Notes: generated from the letters alone by a model not told the origin. Shown: positions 1 to 13,617, counted from the first letter of the stretch. The stretch is DNA of 64,000 nt from Podarcis cretensis (GCA_951804945.1 OX638161.1:29388001-29452000), one strand, 5' to 3'. Numbers and translations are program-made.

Positions 1-142
1 CACCCCCCACCTTCCTGGTGTGCGCATGAGCACGCAGCTCCCTTTTCGCAACAACCGCCATCTGTTTAGATTTCCAGGAGGTTGTCCTTGTCAGTCAAGC
101 AGCCTGTGATGCTGGCTTGGCATGCACACAAATGTGGCAGTG

Positions 143-145
<3 letters not shown>

Positions 146-182
<37 letters not shown>
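146..182. repeat. (GT)n microsatellite
   Basis: Direct reading. Similar GT/CA tracts at ~6923-6948, 12175-12221, 21558-21590 and 23317-23359. Confidence 0.95.
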
Positions 183-183
<1 letters not shown>

Positions 184-1206
184 ACTGGATGCTGGTGCTG
201 GTGCTGAGAATGTCCCTGGCATTTGTCTGTGCCTTCCTGGCCTTCTGTGGTCCTGTAGCAGTCTGCATTCTTAGCTCTTTTTAAGCAGTGCTGGCCGCGT
301 TAGCTCCCTTTGCTGTGTCTAATTCAAGGGAGGAAGGTTGGCCATGAGAAAAGATGCCACAGATTGGCTTTGTTTATGTAAAATCTGATCTGTGGGCTGC
401 TAGCAAGCCCTATTGTTTGGAGCTGGAGGTGGGGGAAATAACATTCTCCTTTGGAATGTGGTCTGCCCTGGGAAGTGTAATGAAGGATTCCAGCCTTCTG
501 GGCTCTCGATAGGTTTGCAGGCTCAGGGCACATCTTTTGCTGCTTGATGTGTTGGTTCTGCTTGCTGTGTCTCTCCAAGGGGAAAGTTGCAGCATACCCA
601 CATACTGAAACTCAAAACTTCAGAGGGCCTGGCAGTGAGTGTCTGCCATGCGGGTGCTAATCAGGTTGCCATCTCTGGCATCGCTCTTGTTGTGCTGAAG
701 TTTTTTTTGGGGGGGGGGATGGGGATTGTTTTCAGATGAACACTTGCAGAAGTGTTAGTCCCTTTATATCTGTAATTAAAGTTACTATAGTTTATAACTT
801 TTTTCTCTTATACACACACATCCTTTAGTGTGCAACTAGCTTTTTATTTCCGTTGCCTGCTTGAAGCCATTTGCACAACTAGAAGACTGACGCTTCCAAG
901 TTAGCCTGACCAAAGATTAAATTTTCTATACTTTCTCAAATGCAGGCCCAGTTGATGGGATGACTGAGACCCAAGGGAGTGGGGAGGGGCAGATATAATA
1001 GAGAAGAGATGATAGTGGGCAACTGCCCCAAAAAGTAATTGAACCACCCATTAGTTTGAGAAGAGACATGCTTGCCCCTGCCTCTTTGAACAGGTGACAA
1101 AAAGGACCAGATTGCTTTTGATTGCTGACTCTCCTGTTTTATCTGTACAGGGGCCACACCGCCAGCCACAGCTAAAGATTGGTTTGAGAATCACTGGCCT
1201 GTTTTT

Positions 1207-1351
1207 ATAGAATTGTAGAGTTGGAAGGGACTCTGAGGATCATCTCATCCAGCCCCCTGCAATGCAGGAATATGCAGCTGCCCTATACAGGGATTGAACC
1301 TGCAACTGTGGCGTTATCAGCACCATGCACTAACCAACTGAGCTATCCAGG
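1207..1351 (-). mobile_element. Short tRNA-derived SINE with CR1-type tail (Squam3-like)
   Basis: A/B-box head and CR1-like 3' end; homologous to the 11033 and 22632 copies. Confidence 0.75.
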
Positions 1352-4109
1352 AAGAAGTGTGAGGCCAGCTTCTTGACCCTGAGGAAGTGTTAAGTGTTGC
1401 TAAATGGGGATGAGCCTTCCAAATAACTTGGGGCTGAGAAGTGGAATACTGTCTTCTTCCCTTCAGTTTCTGCCGTGTAAACAGCTCAGTGGATTGTGTA
1501 CCCTTTGGAGGATTTGGTTTGGATAGTAGATCTTTAACAAGTGGTTGACATTGCAGTCGTGGTAGTGTTTCTGTGGCCACCTCTTAGCATGCACTATTGA
1601 GTAGTAAGACGTGGCGTGTTAGTCATTGCAAGCAGGGATGACATGTCTTCGCATGTAGATCACGGAGCCCCATTTAAAGTGACACAGATCCTGCCAGGCC
1701 ATCTGGCTGTGTCCTGAGCATGATGTCATCTTTCTTAATCTGAACCCTACATAGAGACAGCTAAAGCAAATGGAGCCCTCTGTTTAGAAACAGGGAAGGC
1801 TTGATAACACATCTTCTGAATGTTTTTGGTGCTTTGCCATGCATGTGTGTACAGTGCCACACGTGTTTGCAGGTAAATAGATATGCATACACACATTTGA
1901 TTCCCTGCATTCTGCTCCATGGAAATATTCAGGAGCAGGCACCAAACTTTTAAAGCAGAAATCATTTCTCCAGATGAAAACAAAGTCAAACTTTTATAAG
2001 CCCACCTACACATTTGTTTGCTTACGGATATGTGTGTAAGATATGTACACACATAAAATAAACACATGCGTTTGTGAGTGTTATTTTCCATGATTATATT
2101 TGACAGTAAGTAAACAAAACGAAATGAAACATGATAGTGCAATAAACATTAAATTGGGGAGGTATATGTGTGCTTGTCTTTCACTACACATAGAGAACAT
2201 CTAAATGGGAACCAGATAACATGAAACTTGCTGGATTCTTTTACAAGACGATTTTGAATCTCCCCAGTGCATTTTCTATGCTCTCAACCTAATCCAAAGC
2301 ATATTTACTTGTCCCATTGAGTTTAGTGGAACAAGCTGCCAGGTTAGTGTGTATAGGATTACAGATTCTGTCTCTACAGATGGTGAGTATTGCATTAGAA
2401 TATCTCCTTCTTTCCTACCCAGACACTCGACCCAAAGAAACCAACATGATAATAAGATATATTAATGCTAGAAAGTAGGATATTGGTGGTTCATTTTCCA
2501 AAATACTGGTCATCTTTGGATAGAATCACAATAAAAAATATTTTAGCTTCTGTAGATATATAATCTAGGCTAGAAGAACAGAGACTGGTCTCTTTCCTCC
2601 TCCTCCACAGTTTGTTTAGTTTACTTGTAAGTATCCTGTGTTTCTGTGCCGGCTACAAAGGAAGGCCGCTGGCATTTTAGAACTGGGCTTTGTCTTCTTT
2701 CAGACAAGTTGTGCAATTTGGTCAATCCCTTTCAGGTTGCTGAGGAGGAAAACCAAGAAGGGTGAGTAAAGATGCTTAGTTCTTCAGCTTGATCTGTTTA
2801 CCCTGAAAGAAGTCCTCAAAGTTACCAATGCTAAAAATAAGGTGGTAGCTACCGGCACCTTCTAGTGTATCCTGTTGAAAGGAAGCAGTCTGAGTGATGG
2901 GCTTGACTGATGGGTGACTTAAACTGTCATGAGATGATGAACAGGGCAGAAGTCGGGAGAATGTTTAGGGAGCCTGACTTAACACTGTCTTAGATTTTAT
3001 TGAAAAATAATGGGTGAGTGGGAAAGTACTGTTGAATATTCCATTCAGAAATGTTGGCAAAGGCCAAAGGGTGTGTGTGTGTGATGCTTGTGATTCAGAC
3101 ACAATAAACAGGGAAAGGTATTTATCTTCTTAGTATTTTAACAACCAAATCTAGAAGACATTATATCTGAAATGCCAAGGAAGATAGGGAAAGTTTGCAA
3201 GATATTCTCTTGTAACCAGTGCATGATTTACTTCTGTGGCATAGCATAGAATTCGATGTTTATTTCCCACCTAATATTTTTTTAGAACTTCAGGTCTAAG
3301 ACTGCCTGCTCTCACTGTCTCCAGCTGGTAGAAATACGGTTGTACAGTTTGTTCTGGTTTACAATTTTTAATGTTGAACTGTAGAATGTTTTGGAAGAAA
3401 AGGTGCTTTTTCCGGAGGAAGAGATGCTGTTTGTGAGGACAGACACCTGTTTTTCTGCACTTCCATTTCCCTACATTTCATTCATTTCTAAGCTTGATGC
3501 TGTTTCAGTACCTGCTGCATGCAAACAACAAATCCAAGTAAATCCTCAATAAAATCTCAGCGAAGGGGGAAACTGGGGCATGTGGTTTCTTCCAGTACTT
3601 TGTACAAAACTACACTTCCCACAATGCTCTGATTTTTCATGAGAAATTTTATCTTCCATGTTTTAAGGCTGTGTGCTTTTTTATTTCTGATATTTATAGA
3701 TTGTTGTATAACTGGGTTCTCGGGGCATCTTCATTAGAGTAAAAAGTTCAGCACAACATATAATGCATGCAGTAAAAAAAAAAGGAACATAAAAATATAC
3801 AACAGTGATAAAATAAATGAAAGCTATTGCTGATAAAGACGCCTGAGAAAATAAAAAGGCAATTTGCTTGCCATCAGAATTGCATCAGCTGCGTATGTCG
3901 AGTGCAGCTGATTGGGACTCATTTGTGGGCAGCCTGAGGAAGTACCTTGGGCCTGCCTATCTAAAGCAAGTCCTATAGTGAGAGACTAGGGTCCTATAGT
4001 GAGAGACCAGGGTGGTGTTCACAGTTTCAAGGAACGTTTTATAGGTGAGCTGAGAGTTTGTTTGAACCCTGGGTGAGAACCTGGAGGCTGAGAGGGAAGG
4101 TGTGTCAGA

Positions 4110-4237
4110 NNNNNNNNNNNNNNNNNNNNNNNNNNNNNNNNNNNNNNNNNNNNNNNNNNNNNNNNNNNNNNNNNNNNNNNNNNNNNNNNNNNNNNNNNNN
4201 NNNNNNNNNNNNNNNNNNNNNNNNNNNNNNNNNNNNN
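4110..4237. other. Assembly gap (128 N)
   Basis: Run of N. Confidence 1.
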
Positions 4238-7200
4238 TAACATTTTTATGTGTAACTGTTTTTGTAATATTTTGTTTTAAATTGGCTGTTTATTTTTTGT
4301 ACACTGCTAAGAGCTATTTTAATATATCAAGTGGTATAGAAATTAAATAATCAAGGTGACCTTCTTTACAGAAGGATTTCACAAATGTGGTGCCACCACC
4401 CAAAAGGCCGTTTGTGGTTCCCCAAAATACCTCATCTAAAAAGGGGCCTCCAAATAAGATCTTAAGGTTTGGATTGCTACATACCTAAGGAGGATTTCAG
4501 ATACTCTGTTGTTGTTGTTGTTGTTAGAGATAGATTTAGTGCCACTTGCCATTAAATTGCAATTGACATGCTGCGGTACCCTTTCTTTCAAGACCTATGA
4601 AATATCAGGGCTTCAGACCTTAAAACAAGGAATGAGGATTAAAAACTTGCAAATAAATACCTTTCAAGTAATGGAGTGAGGAGAGAAAAATATTGAAAAA
4701 TCAGCCTTTTGTATGAACAGGTTTGTTTCACCTTCGATACTGGCAGACAGGTCAGCATTATCCCTTCTGTTTCTATGTTACCATCCAGTGCTAATTAAGA
4801 ATGCAGGTGGGGGGACACCATTTTGGAACATTCTTTGGTCTGTTGTTGTTTTTAAAAGTCCTTGCAAAGTTGTTTTTTAATCTGTACATGGGCAGGGGGT
4901 GGTATTCTGGCCTAATCCACTCCTCTGTTCTGAGCTAGTTTTCTACAGACAGAGGGGATTTTTTTAAAAAACAAACAAACCCAACAACTTAGGTTCAGCC
5001 TTGGATACTAACTGGGCTGTAGAAAATTGCTCAGGTGCTGTGGGGAAATCCAGCTGGGATTAAATATTATGAGTCCTCATGCAGGGTTTTTCTTTTTTCA
5101 TGCAATTCCAGTGTGGAAGAATGATTCCCAGATATTGCGACAGCTGCCAGAGTCTTAGAACTCCACGGCTGCTATGATTTGCATCTTTCTTGTCTTGAGT
5201 CTCAGTTGTGGTTTGCTTCTGTTTCACTCTGGCCACATCTGCTTTAAGCGGCTGCTCATTGTTAGCAAGCTGAAACTTTAAATTTTTGTGTTTGTAGCCA
5301 TTGTAGAAATTGAATCCAATGCTGTTTCTAATAAAGATGGTCTTTTTCTTTTCTTTTTTTAGTTTGGCAGAACATACAGCAGTGGAGAGGCACTGGTAGA
5401 ATGTGTGCTGTGTATGTCAAAGGCCCTGGATTTGATCCCTGTCACCTGCAGTTTTAAAGGACCATGAATAGCAGATCTTTGACCTGAACATGCTAGGGTC
5501 AAGACTTGCTGCTGACAGTACCAGCCTAGGAAAGCCAGTTGTTTGGCTTAGTAAAAAAGCAACTCCGTATTCTTAGAAAGAGAGAAGGGATGAACTTAGA
5601 ATAGCCACCACACTCTCCTAGAGGTGAGGAAAGAACAGTGTAGAGGAAATGATGGAGGAACTTATTTGGCAGAAATAGCAATACTTTGTTTGACTTAATG
5701 TATGTTGGTTGAAGCTGGTAAGAGCTGCTTCTTCATAATTTGTCATTAAAAAACACCTGATTTTAGTTAGGGTTTTGAAAAGCTACTTTATCTCTTCTGC
5801 CTGTCCCCATCCCCCAAGAATCCTGCTTCTTGATGGGCAATATCTGCACATCACTTGTCCACACCTGCCCTTCTTGGATGCTTTTATCTGTCTGATTGCT
5901 ATCTGCGAACATAAAGGACAAAAAGTGCAGTACAAAATATTGATAAAACGATGAAATCACAACAAGATTTAAAGTGGGATGGCATGGAACTGTACAACAC
6001 TAAATTTGCATTTCACATTTCTCCAATTTGTATAATAATAATAAATGACTCTGCTATCCTGCCTAACCTTTCTCTGAAGAGTTCTACAAATGTGGCAAAC
6101 ACTGATGTGAGGTGGGAAAACATCCACAGAAAAAAATCTAGTACTTCATTTTTCCATGGAAAAACATCCGTTTCATAAGTTCACCAGTAGCAATGAATGG
6201 ATGCCAATTTCAAGCAGGGCAGTTTAAAAGTGTTTAGCTTCGTTTATGAAATACAAATGAAACTAAACATTATGAATTAGGTCCTTCTCCAAAGCAGGGT
6301 TTTACCCCCTCCCACACAAAGTGCTGCTGCTATGTATACACCACAACTGTAAATTCCCTTGAGACTATTTTTCATAGTAGTCGATAAGAAATTCTAACCT
6401 AGTCAACACCCCATATTAGAATGCTTCTTTCAAGCCTAATTTTGAGAGGTGGGGTGCTCCCTGTTGGCACCAGAGAAAGCCTCTGGGTGCGGTGCCATGT
6501 TGGTGACCCCTGCTCTTGGCCACCAGAAAGTTTTCCAGTGCAAATGGAAACTTTCTCAATGCAGATGGAATGCACCCATTTAAAATGTTTCGGAAAAGCC
6601 ACATCACCAACTACCAAGACTGGCCTCTTCTCCAAGATGTAGCTAAACTCTGCCACAATGATGATGGTACCCCAGAGCAAGGCATCTCTGAGAAACCTAA
6701 GGAACTGTGTAAATCTGGTGTGGTGTGAGAGAGCCTGTTGGATTGTCCCCCGCATTTCTCTCAGGACAGATCTCACAAAGACAATAAGAGAAACGAAAAG
6801 AGGAGGGATAAAAAGAAAACACCTTGGAGAAATGCAGAAGACAACCTTAACAGGCTCACTCACACTACGCAGGTCTTTCTTTCAGGTAGATGGCAGCCAT
6901 ACTTGATGAGGTGCTTAAAAGACACACACACACACACACACACACACACCCCACTTCTAAAATAGTTGTTTATAAATGTAGGAGTATGAATGTCTCTGCT
7001 GCTGGTAATGTTGTATTGTAAAGTCAAGGGCCAGAAGTGTATATACGAGTGTTTGTGTTGTATAATATTTATTTCCATATGTTTTCATGTTAGGATGGCA
7101 TTTATCCCCTTCAGGAAACCTTTGGTTAGGCAGCCCTCAAGCAAAAATCAAGCAGCCTTTGACTGATTTGATTGGGCATGGGTAGTATGCCTCTCATTTT

Positions 7201-7334
7201 AAGCGGGGAAGATCCACCTTTGCTGAGTCATTGAAGGAAAGGGTGTTGGGAGTTGTTCTTGTAGTGTACACATTCACAACTTTCTTCTGCATAGTGAATG
7301 TCTCTTTCCAGTATGTGGCTTAGGTGCGTTCGTG

Positions 7335-7585
7335 CAGGGGTAGGCAACCTAAGGCCCAGGGGCCGGGTGTGGCCCATTCACCTTCTCAATCCGGCCCGCA
7401 GACAGTCTGGGAATCAGCGTGTTTTTATATGAGTAGAATGTGTCCTATTATATTAAATGCAACTCTGGGTTATTTGTGGGGCATAGGAATTCATTCATTA
7501 TTTTTTTCCAAAATATAGTCTGACCCACCACATGATCTGAGCGACTGTGGACCGGCCCATGGCTGAAAAAGGTTGCTGACCCCTG
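7335..7585. mobile_element. Non-autonomous hAT element
   Basis: TIRs CAGGGGTAGGCAACCT and AGGTTGCTGACCCCTG; 8-bp TSD cgttcgtg/cgttagtg (7 of 8 match). Confidence 0.85.
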
Positions 7586-8388
7586 CGTTAGTGTAGTGTC
7601 ACTGCTGCTTGGTTTCGGACAAATACTTTGACCCCATTTTGTATTTTGCCACTTCACCCACCCTGTTCTTCTGTATTAGGTGTAGGACAATAAGCTGTCC
7701 TTCTGCTTTGAAATAGGGACCTAGCTTCACATGACTAATCAATTAGTGCTGCGCCAAATGTTCTCCCAACGTTTTTGGCGTAAAATGGGGACTTTTTCAC
7801 ACCCACCCACAAAATGTTCCCTGAAAACTCCCTAAGTGCTTATTTGTGTGTGTTTGCTGCCCTTTTCAGCAAAAGTGTGATTTTTTAAAATTACATTTCT
7901 TCTTGCTAGCTCTGTGGTTCTAGCCAATCACAGATTGCATAGCCAGTGTTAAGACACTATGTAGCCAATCAGGTATGCCATTGTGATTATGTCACTGGAT
8001 ACAGAAATCATTGCCCTGCACTGAATGGGGGTCGGGGAGAAATACTATGGTCATTTTTTTTCCTTCCTGTTCTGGAGCACCCCAGTTTGCCAAAAGTGTA
8101 TGTGCACTTTTTTTTCAGGGGGCAGAAATGCTTGCAAAAAGTGCCCCTTCCCCAGTTTCAACTCTGTCCTGTTGTCATTGTGATGCCTTTCACACATGCT
8201 GTTTTTAACTAACACATTTCCTAAGAGTAAAAGTCTCCCCTGTATTTGGTGCTCTTAAGGCATTTCTCTCTCTCCCCCCCCCCCCGCCTGTACTTCCATT
8301 CTAGAAATTTCCATTCCATTTATGGAAGAGAGCTACAGGGGTGATTTAAAGTGTAGAACAGCCTTCCCCTACTTAATACCCTCCAGAT

Positions 8389-8523
8389 CAGGCTTCCTCA
8401 AACTTGACCCTCCAGATGTCTTGAGACTACAGTTCCCATCATCCCTGACTACTGGCCCTGCTAGCTAGGGATCATGGTAGTTGTAGGCCAAAAAGTCTGG
8501 AGGGCCAGGTTTGAGGAAGTCTG
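8389..8523. mobile_element. Palindromic hAT MITE nested in an older related MITE (8359-8635)
   Basis: Perfect TSD ctccagat; the host element has TSD gtgtagaa/gcgcagaa. Confidence 0.85.
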
Positions 8524-9140
8524 CTCCAGATCATGTTGAACTCCAAATCAGCCCTACTTAGTATGGCTTATGACCAGGCATGGTGGGAGTTGTATTGCAA
8601 AACAACTGGAGGGGGCATCATGTTGAGGAAACCTGGCGCAGAAGTTCGAGAAGGCTGAAAAGGGCTCAAGGGCAAATGTTTCTGTTGGGGTTTGGGGGCG
8701 AAACTATAACAGCAGATTGACATTACGTAGGAATATGTATAGGGAGCAGGGTAGGCTCCTAATGTTTTAAAAGAGCTCATCCATGGAATAAGCAGGCTAG
8801 AGAGGCTGTGAAGTCTATAAATTTGTAAAAGCAATTTGGACAAGTGTCTGGTGTAGATGCTTTAGAGTTGTAGGGTATTTTGCTGTGGATCTGGGCGATC
8901 TGACCAATTGGAATCAGAGATGGAATGCAGCCATCATTTAGGGCAGCCAACCTGGGGCCCTCCAGATGTGTGTGTGGGGGACCATAATGATTCGTGGTGG
9001 TTGAGTCCTGTCCCCGTCCCCCTTTTCTAAAGCCGAGGTACAAATAAGGCAAAGTGGCAAGAATGGGAGACTCACAAACTGGGGCAACGTGTGTCCGTCC
9101 ACTCCTTGACACAGAATGCTTCTTTCCCTATTTTTTCCAG

Positions 9141-9282
9141 AAGGCGAAGGTCAGAATGGCGGTGGGCAGCAGACAGAGCAGCCATTGTCAGCCGCTGGAA
9201 CTGGCTTCAAGCGCACGTCTCGGATCTAGAGTACCGAATCCGGCAGCAAACGGATATTTACAAGCAGATTCGAGCCAATAAG
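9141..9282 (+). CDS. KANSL1: KANSL1 exon 3 (142 bp): [47 protein letters not shown]
   Basis: ttttttccag acceptor; AAG|gtaagg donor; highly conserved peptide. Confidence 0.97.
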
Positions 9283-11032
9283 GTAAGGGAAGTAAAAGGA
9301 TACGTCTTCACCTGCAGGTATTCAGTCCCTGCTCCTGAAAAAATATCTCCTCAAGTGTTTCCCTTTCGCATTACACGTTTAAAAGGCAAAATAATACCTT
9401 TGATATAGGGTCATGATTGTATGACTTAATCTGGCGTGGTGTATGAATGCTGATTAAAGGCATCAGCAGAAGCTGGCGGATGTATGTCAAAGTTGCTTAC
9501 GTGACCTTTAAAAAAAAGAAAAGCCACTAGTGCTTTATATTCCTCTTGGGTAACCACATTTTTAGCATGTTCCACATTTATAAAGCACATAATATTGAAG
9601 GCTGTACTGGTTTACATTAAGAAACTGTAGACTAGTTCACGGTATCCCAAGTATATCAATGCAAAACAGCTCAAGTCATTCGGGGCCAGCTGATGTGGCC
9701 TGAAATCTTTTAATTATTTCACATCAAATCCAAAAGCATGATTTAGTCCTCAGAGTGGGAAAGCGTTCTATCAACATTTTGAAAATACGAGTTGGGGATG
9801 CAGAAATAGATGGTACTGGGCTTGAAAGAGTTGATTCACGCATAGCCCTATCAGTATTTGTATCAGAAGACTGAATTTCTCAAGCATCCCTAGCTTGGAC
9901 TGATGCATCCCTGTATCCCGGATCTCTCTTTGCAACTGCCCATCCTATAATATTGTACCGGTTTAGCCAATATTTCTGGTTCCTCATGGCCTCTGTGTGA
10001 TGCAAAAAAATAAAATAAGATTGGCACATAGGGACCCAACCACATCCATAACGGCAAAGCATCCTTTTCCATCTGTGCCTTGGAAAATATCCACCCTGGT
10101 CCTGTTCATCTGAGAGGCTTGGGATTTGAGCTACAGCTGTGCTTGTGATAGCTGCATTCTGCACAACAGAGAGGACTATGCAAGAGCAAACATGGACCGA
10201 AAACTGGCAACAGTCCAGTTCCAGCTTTTATGGCTTCATCAGATTGGCAAAAGAACTGGGAACCGTGCAGAGAGCAAAGGCAGGAAGCATTACTTTGGTG
10301 AAATACTCTGTGGGTGGTGGTGCATGTGAGTCTTGTGTAAATGGTCCCAGGGCAGACATAAACCCGAGCCCTGAACAGGAGGAGCAGTGTTGGAAATGCA
10401 CTCTGCTAGATGAGAATTCTAGGCTGCTTCTGCATTTGAACATTTGCTAAATAATGCTTGTTCCAAAATGGTCACCTGTGCCAAAGTAGCAAGGCTGTGG
10501 ACATTCTATATCTTTACATTTTTTTTGTATTTTATTTTGTCACTACAAAAAATGGTCTCGGAGTGACTCAATTTTTTTTTTAAAAAAATTAAGTATACAG
10601 TACCAAATTTAAAATATACAAGATTAAAAAAACATTATTAGCTATAAATACCTCCTGCGATTTGCTCGCCATTTTGTGTGCTGTGGTTGCTCGTGTGGGT
10701 CAAGCATATTTGTACCCATGGGGGTGAAAACCCCTTCACCCAAATGCCTTACCACAAAGAAGAAACACCTGCAGAGTTTGTTCTTATTGGCAATGGTGCC
10801 TGAGCAGGTGCACGTGAATTGCACATAGTTATTTGAGCCTGGGGTGCGAGTGCCATCCCAGCTGCAGTTCCACTGTAGTAAAATAGGCAGGGCCTATTTT
10901 AGGCGTCGGGATCATGGGGCACCTGCCACCACGACACACACCTATGCAAGGTGCCACTGGCAACTCATGTATCTTCCTGTCCCAGTGGCTGCTGCTGCTG
11001 CTCCTTGCTGTCACTGCATGTTCATGTTATGC

Positions 11033-11178
11033 CCAGCATCAGCTCAGTTGGAGCATGGTGCTGATAACACCAAGGTTGCAGGTTCGATCCCTGTATGGGA
11101 TAGCAGCATATTCCTGCATTGCAGGAGTTGGACAAGTTGATCCTCAGGGGCTCTTCCAGCTTTGCAATTCTGTGATTC
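11033..11178 (+). mobile_element. Short tRNA-derived SINE with CR1-type tail (Squam3-like)
   Basis: AGCTCAGTTGG A-box, GGTTCGATCC B-box, ATTCTGTGATTC tail. Confidence 0.75.
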
Positions 11179-11294
11179 ACTTGCTTTCTCCAGGTGTGCC
11201 AGGAATGTAGAGAAGGAGCAGCATGCTCCAGTTGGCTTGAGCTTTCCCTCTACAGTCATACCTCATGTTGCATTTGCTTCATGATACGTTTTTT

Positions 11295-11467
11295 CAGGTT
11301 GCCTCCTGCGGCGACCCAGAAGAACCGGAAAGGGTTAGTTCCGGGTTTCGCCGCATGTGCAGACGCACAAAATGACATCACGCGTATGCACAGACGTGGG
11401 TTGCATTATGCTCATGTTGCGAACGGGACTCCGGAACAGATCCTGTTCGCAACCAGAGGTACCACTG
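11295..11467. mobile_element. Truncated Tc1/mariner-superfamily MITE (one TIR only)
   Basis: Ends GCAACCAGAGGTACCACTG+TA; related to the 53016 copy; left boundary approximate. Confidence 0.65.
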
Positions 11468-11563
11468 TACGTGGATGTGTAGATTGAGTCCAGGTGGGGT
11501 GGAAGCCAAGCAAATGGGTAGTGGGGTGACAGTGACAAGGTTTACATGGGCTGTCTCAGAGAT

Positions 11564-11916
11564 AAAAAGGTAAAGGGACCCCTGACCATTAGGTCCAGTC
11601 ATGGCCAACTCGGGGGTTGCGGCGCTCATCTCGCTTTATTGGCTGAGGGAGCTGGCGTACAGCTTCCAGGTCATGTGGCCAGCATGACTAAGCCACTTCT
11701 GGCGAACCAGAGCAGTGCATGGAAACGCCATTTACGTTCCTGCCGGAGTGCTGCTTATTTATCTACTTGCACTTTGACGTGCTTTCAAACTGCTTGGTGG
11801 GCAGAGGCAGGGACCGAGCAACGGGAGCTCACCCCGTCGCGGGGATTCGAACTGCCCACCTTCTGATTGGCAAGTCCTAGGCTCTGTGGTTTAACCCACA
11901 GCACCACCCGTGTCCC
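11564..11916 (-). mobile_element. Sauria SINE, full length
   Basis: tRNA-like head and ACCTTT tail on the minus strand; TSD tgtctcagagat (11552-11563 and 11922-11933). Confidence 0.9.
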
Positions 11917-12173
11917 AGAGATGTCTCAGAGATGAGGGCCCATTAATTAAGCTTGCAAAGCCTGACCAGCCCTGAAAGTGGCAAACCCTAATGAGGCTTG
12001 CGTTTTAGGGTTGCAGGATTAGTGGAATATGAGCTGTAGATAACGTTGCATGCAGCAAGTGCTCCAGAAATGATAATGCCCATTGTTTTTGTTGGAAGAG
12101 AATAGATCTGTGTAACTGAAGAGCTTGCCTATTTTATTTGTAGACATATGACCCAAATAAAAGGCATTGCCTC

Positions 12174-12223
<50 letters not shown>

Positions 12224-12280
12224 GTTCTCGAATGCTGGCTAAGATTCTTAACCTGAAATGAAAGGTCCCTATAAAACAAG

Positions 12281-12545
12281 TACCGTATTTTTCGCCCCAT
12301 AGGACGCACCTAGTTTTTTTGGGGGGAAATAAAGAAAAAAAATTATTCCCCCCCCCCAGGTGCGGGGCTGGGGCGGGGGAAGCCCAAGCTTCCCCCGACC
12401 CCAGCCCCCAGAACAGGCTGCTATCCGCTAGCCGTGGGAGAGCCATGCAACTTCGCATGGCTCTCCCACGGCTAGCGGAGTGCTGCGCGAAGCTTGGGGC
12501 GTGCTGAGCTCAGCGCGCCCCAAGCTTCTGGGTGCAGGCAAGCTC
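12281..12545. mobile_element. DNA-transposon fragment (TACCGTATTTTTCG terminus) with internal palindromes
   Basis: Terminus typical of squamate Tc1/mariner-superfamily MITEs; GC-rich; second TIR not found. Confidence 0.6.
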
Positions 12546-13281
12546 TCCTATAGACTCACATGCCTATGGGTTCTGTGCTGGCACAGAGCCTCATTTGGGG
12601 AAATACCTCTTTCTAGGCTAGAGTTTGGCAGGACCCTGGACCACCCTCTGTACACATAAACAAAGGGGGCAGGCTCCTGCAGAAGCTTCAAGGGAACCTT
12701 CCTGTAGCAGAATACACCTTGGACGCTATCTTAGCTCTATGTAGGCTTAAGTCCTATGGAAGATCCAGATTTAAAAGATGTGTGGATGCCGATTCCAACT
12801 GAACTCACTTTGCTCCTGTCCGTGAAGTTCTCTGTCCCAAAAAGGAAAGTCAAGGTTTCTTATTGGAGAGACAAATCTGCTGACTTTGAATAAACTACGG
12901 AAAGCAAAGGCTGTGTTACATAAGCTGCCTTTTCATCAGCTGTTGTACACATCACAAAGAGCATGTGTCGGAACAATAAAGGAGAATGAAAAGGAGAATC
13001 TTGTTCTGGGAGCATTAAGCTAACTTAAACAAAACAAAAACCACACCTTGATGCTTTCCTTCCCTCACTCTCATCCCTTAAGCTCTCCATCATTTAGGCG
13101 CAAATTGGTGCAAGAATGGAAAAGGGACTGTTGACTGGTAGGAGAAAGTGGAGGAACTGATGTCTCTTGAGAAGCTTTGCAGATAAAGTGAAAGGGGAAA
13201 GAAGAAATTTCTTGGGAGTTGTGTGAAGGAGAAGCCGCCTGAGAAAGATGCCACTGAATTGCTCTTCCCTGTCTCTTTCAG

Positions 13282-13386
13282 GGCCTGATACTCCTTGGTG
13301 AGGCGCCTCCCTCTGACCCTTTATTAGGTGACTCATCCCACACTCTTAGTGCTGACGTCAAGCCGGAGCCCGGGATTGACAGACTG
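13282..13386 (+). CDS. KANSL1: KANSL1 exon 4 (105 bp): GLILLGEAPPSDPLLGDSSHTLSADVKPEPGIDRL
   Basis: ctctttcag acceptor; CTG|gtaagt donor; phase 0/0; resembles human GLIVLGE... Absent from the ORF track; translated by hand. Confidence 0.92.
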
Positions 13387-13574
13387 GTAAGTGCTGAGGG
13401 TGCTATAAGAGCTGGTCGGGCTCTTGCTCCTTCCAATCCCCTGTTCCTCTGCTAGCATTATATTGCTCTGTCTACGTCAGTCATTCTCTTTGCTTTTAAC
13501 AGATCCTTTGTACGCTGTGCAGGGGGAAAAACTATCCTGCATGCAGAGAAACAGAAGTAGGCAGGCTTCGACTA

Positions 13575-13576
<2 letters not shown>

Positions 13577-13617
<41 letters not shown>

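Noticed and set aside
4019-4350. ORFs spanning the N run
   Set aside because: Artefacts of the assembly gap.
6504-6728. Selenocysteine read-through of in-frame TGA codons
   Set aside because: No SECIS element or selenoprotein motif is recognisable, and the location is intronic.
11033-11110. tRNA gene
   Set aside because: The A/B boxes run into a CR1-like tail and there are several diverged copies, so this is a SINE head.
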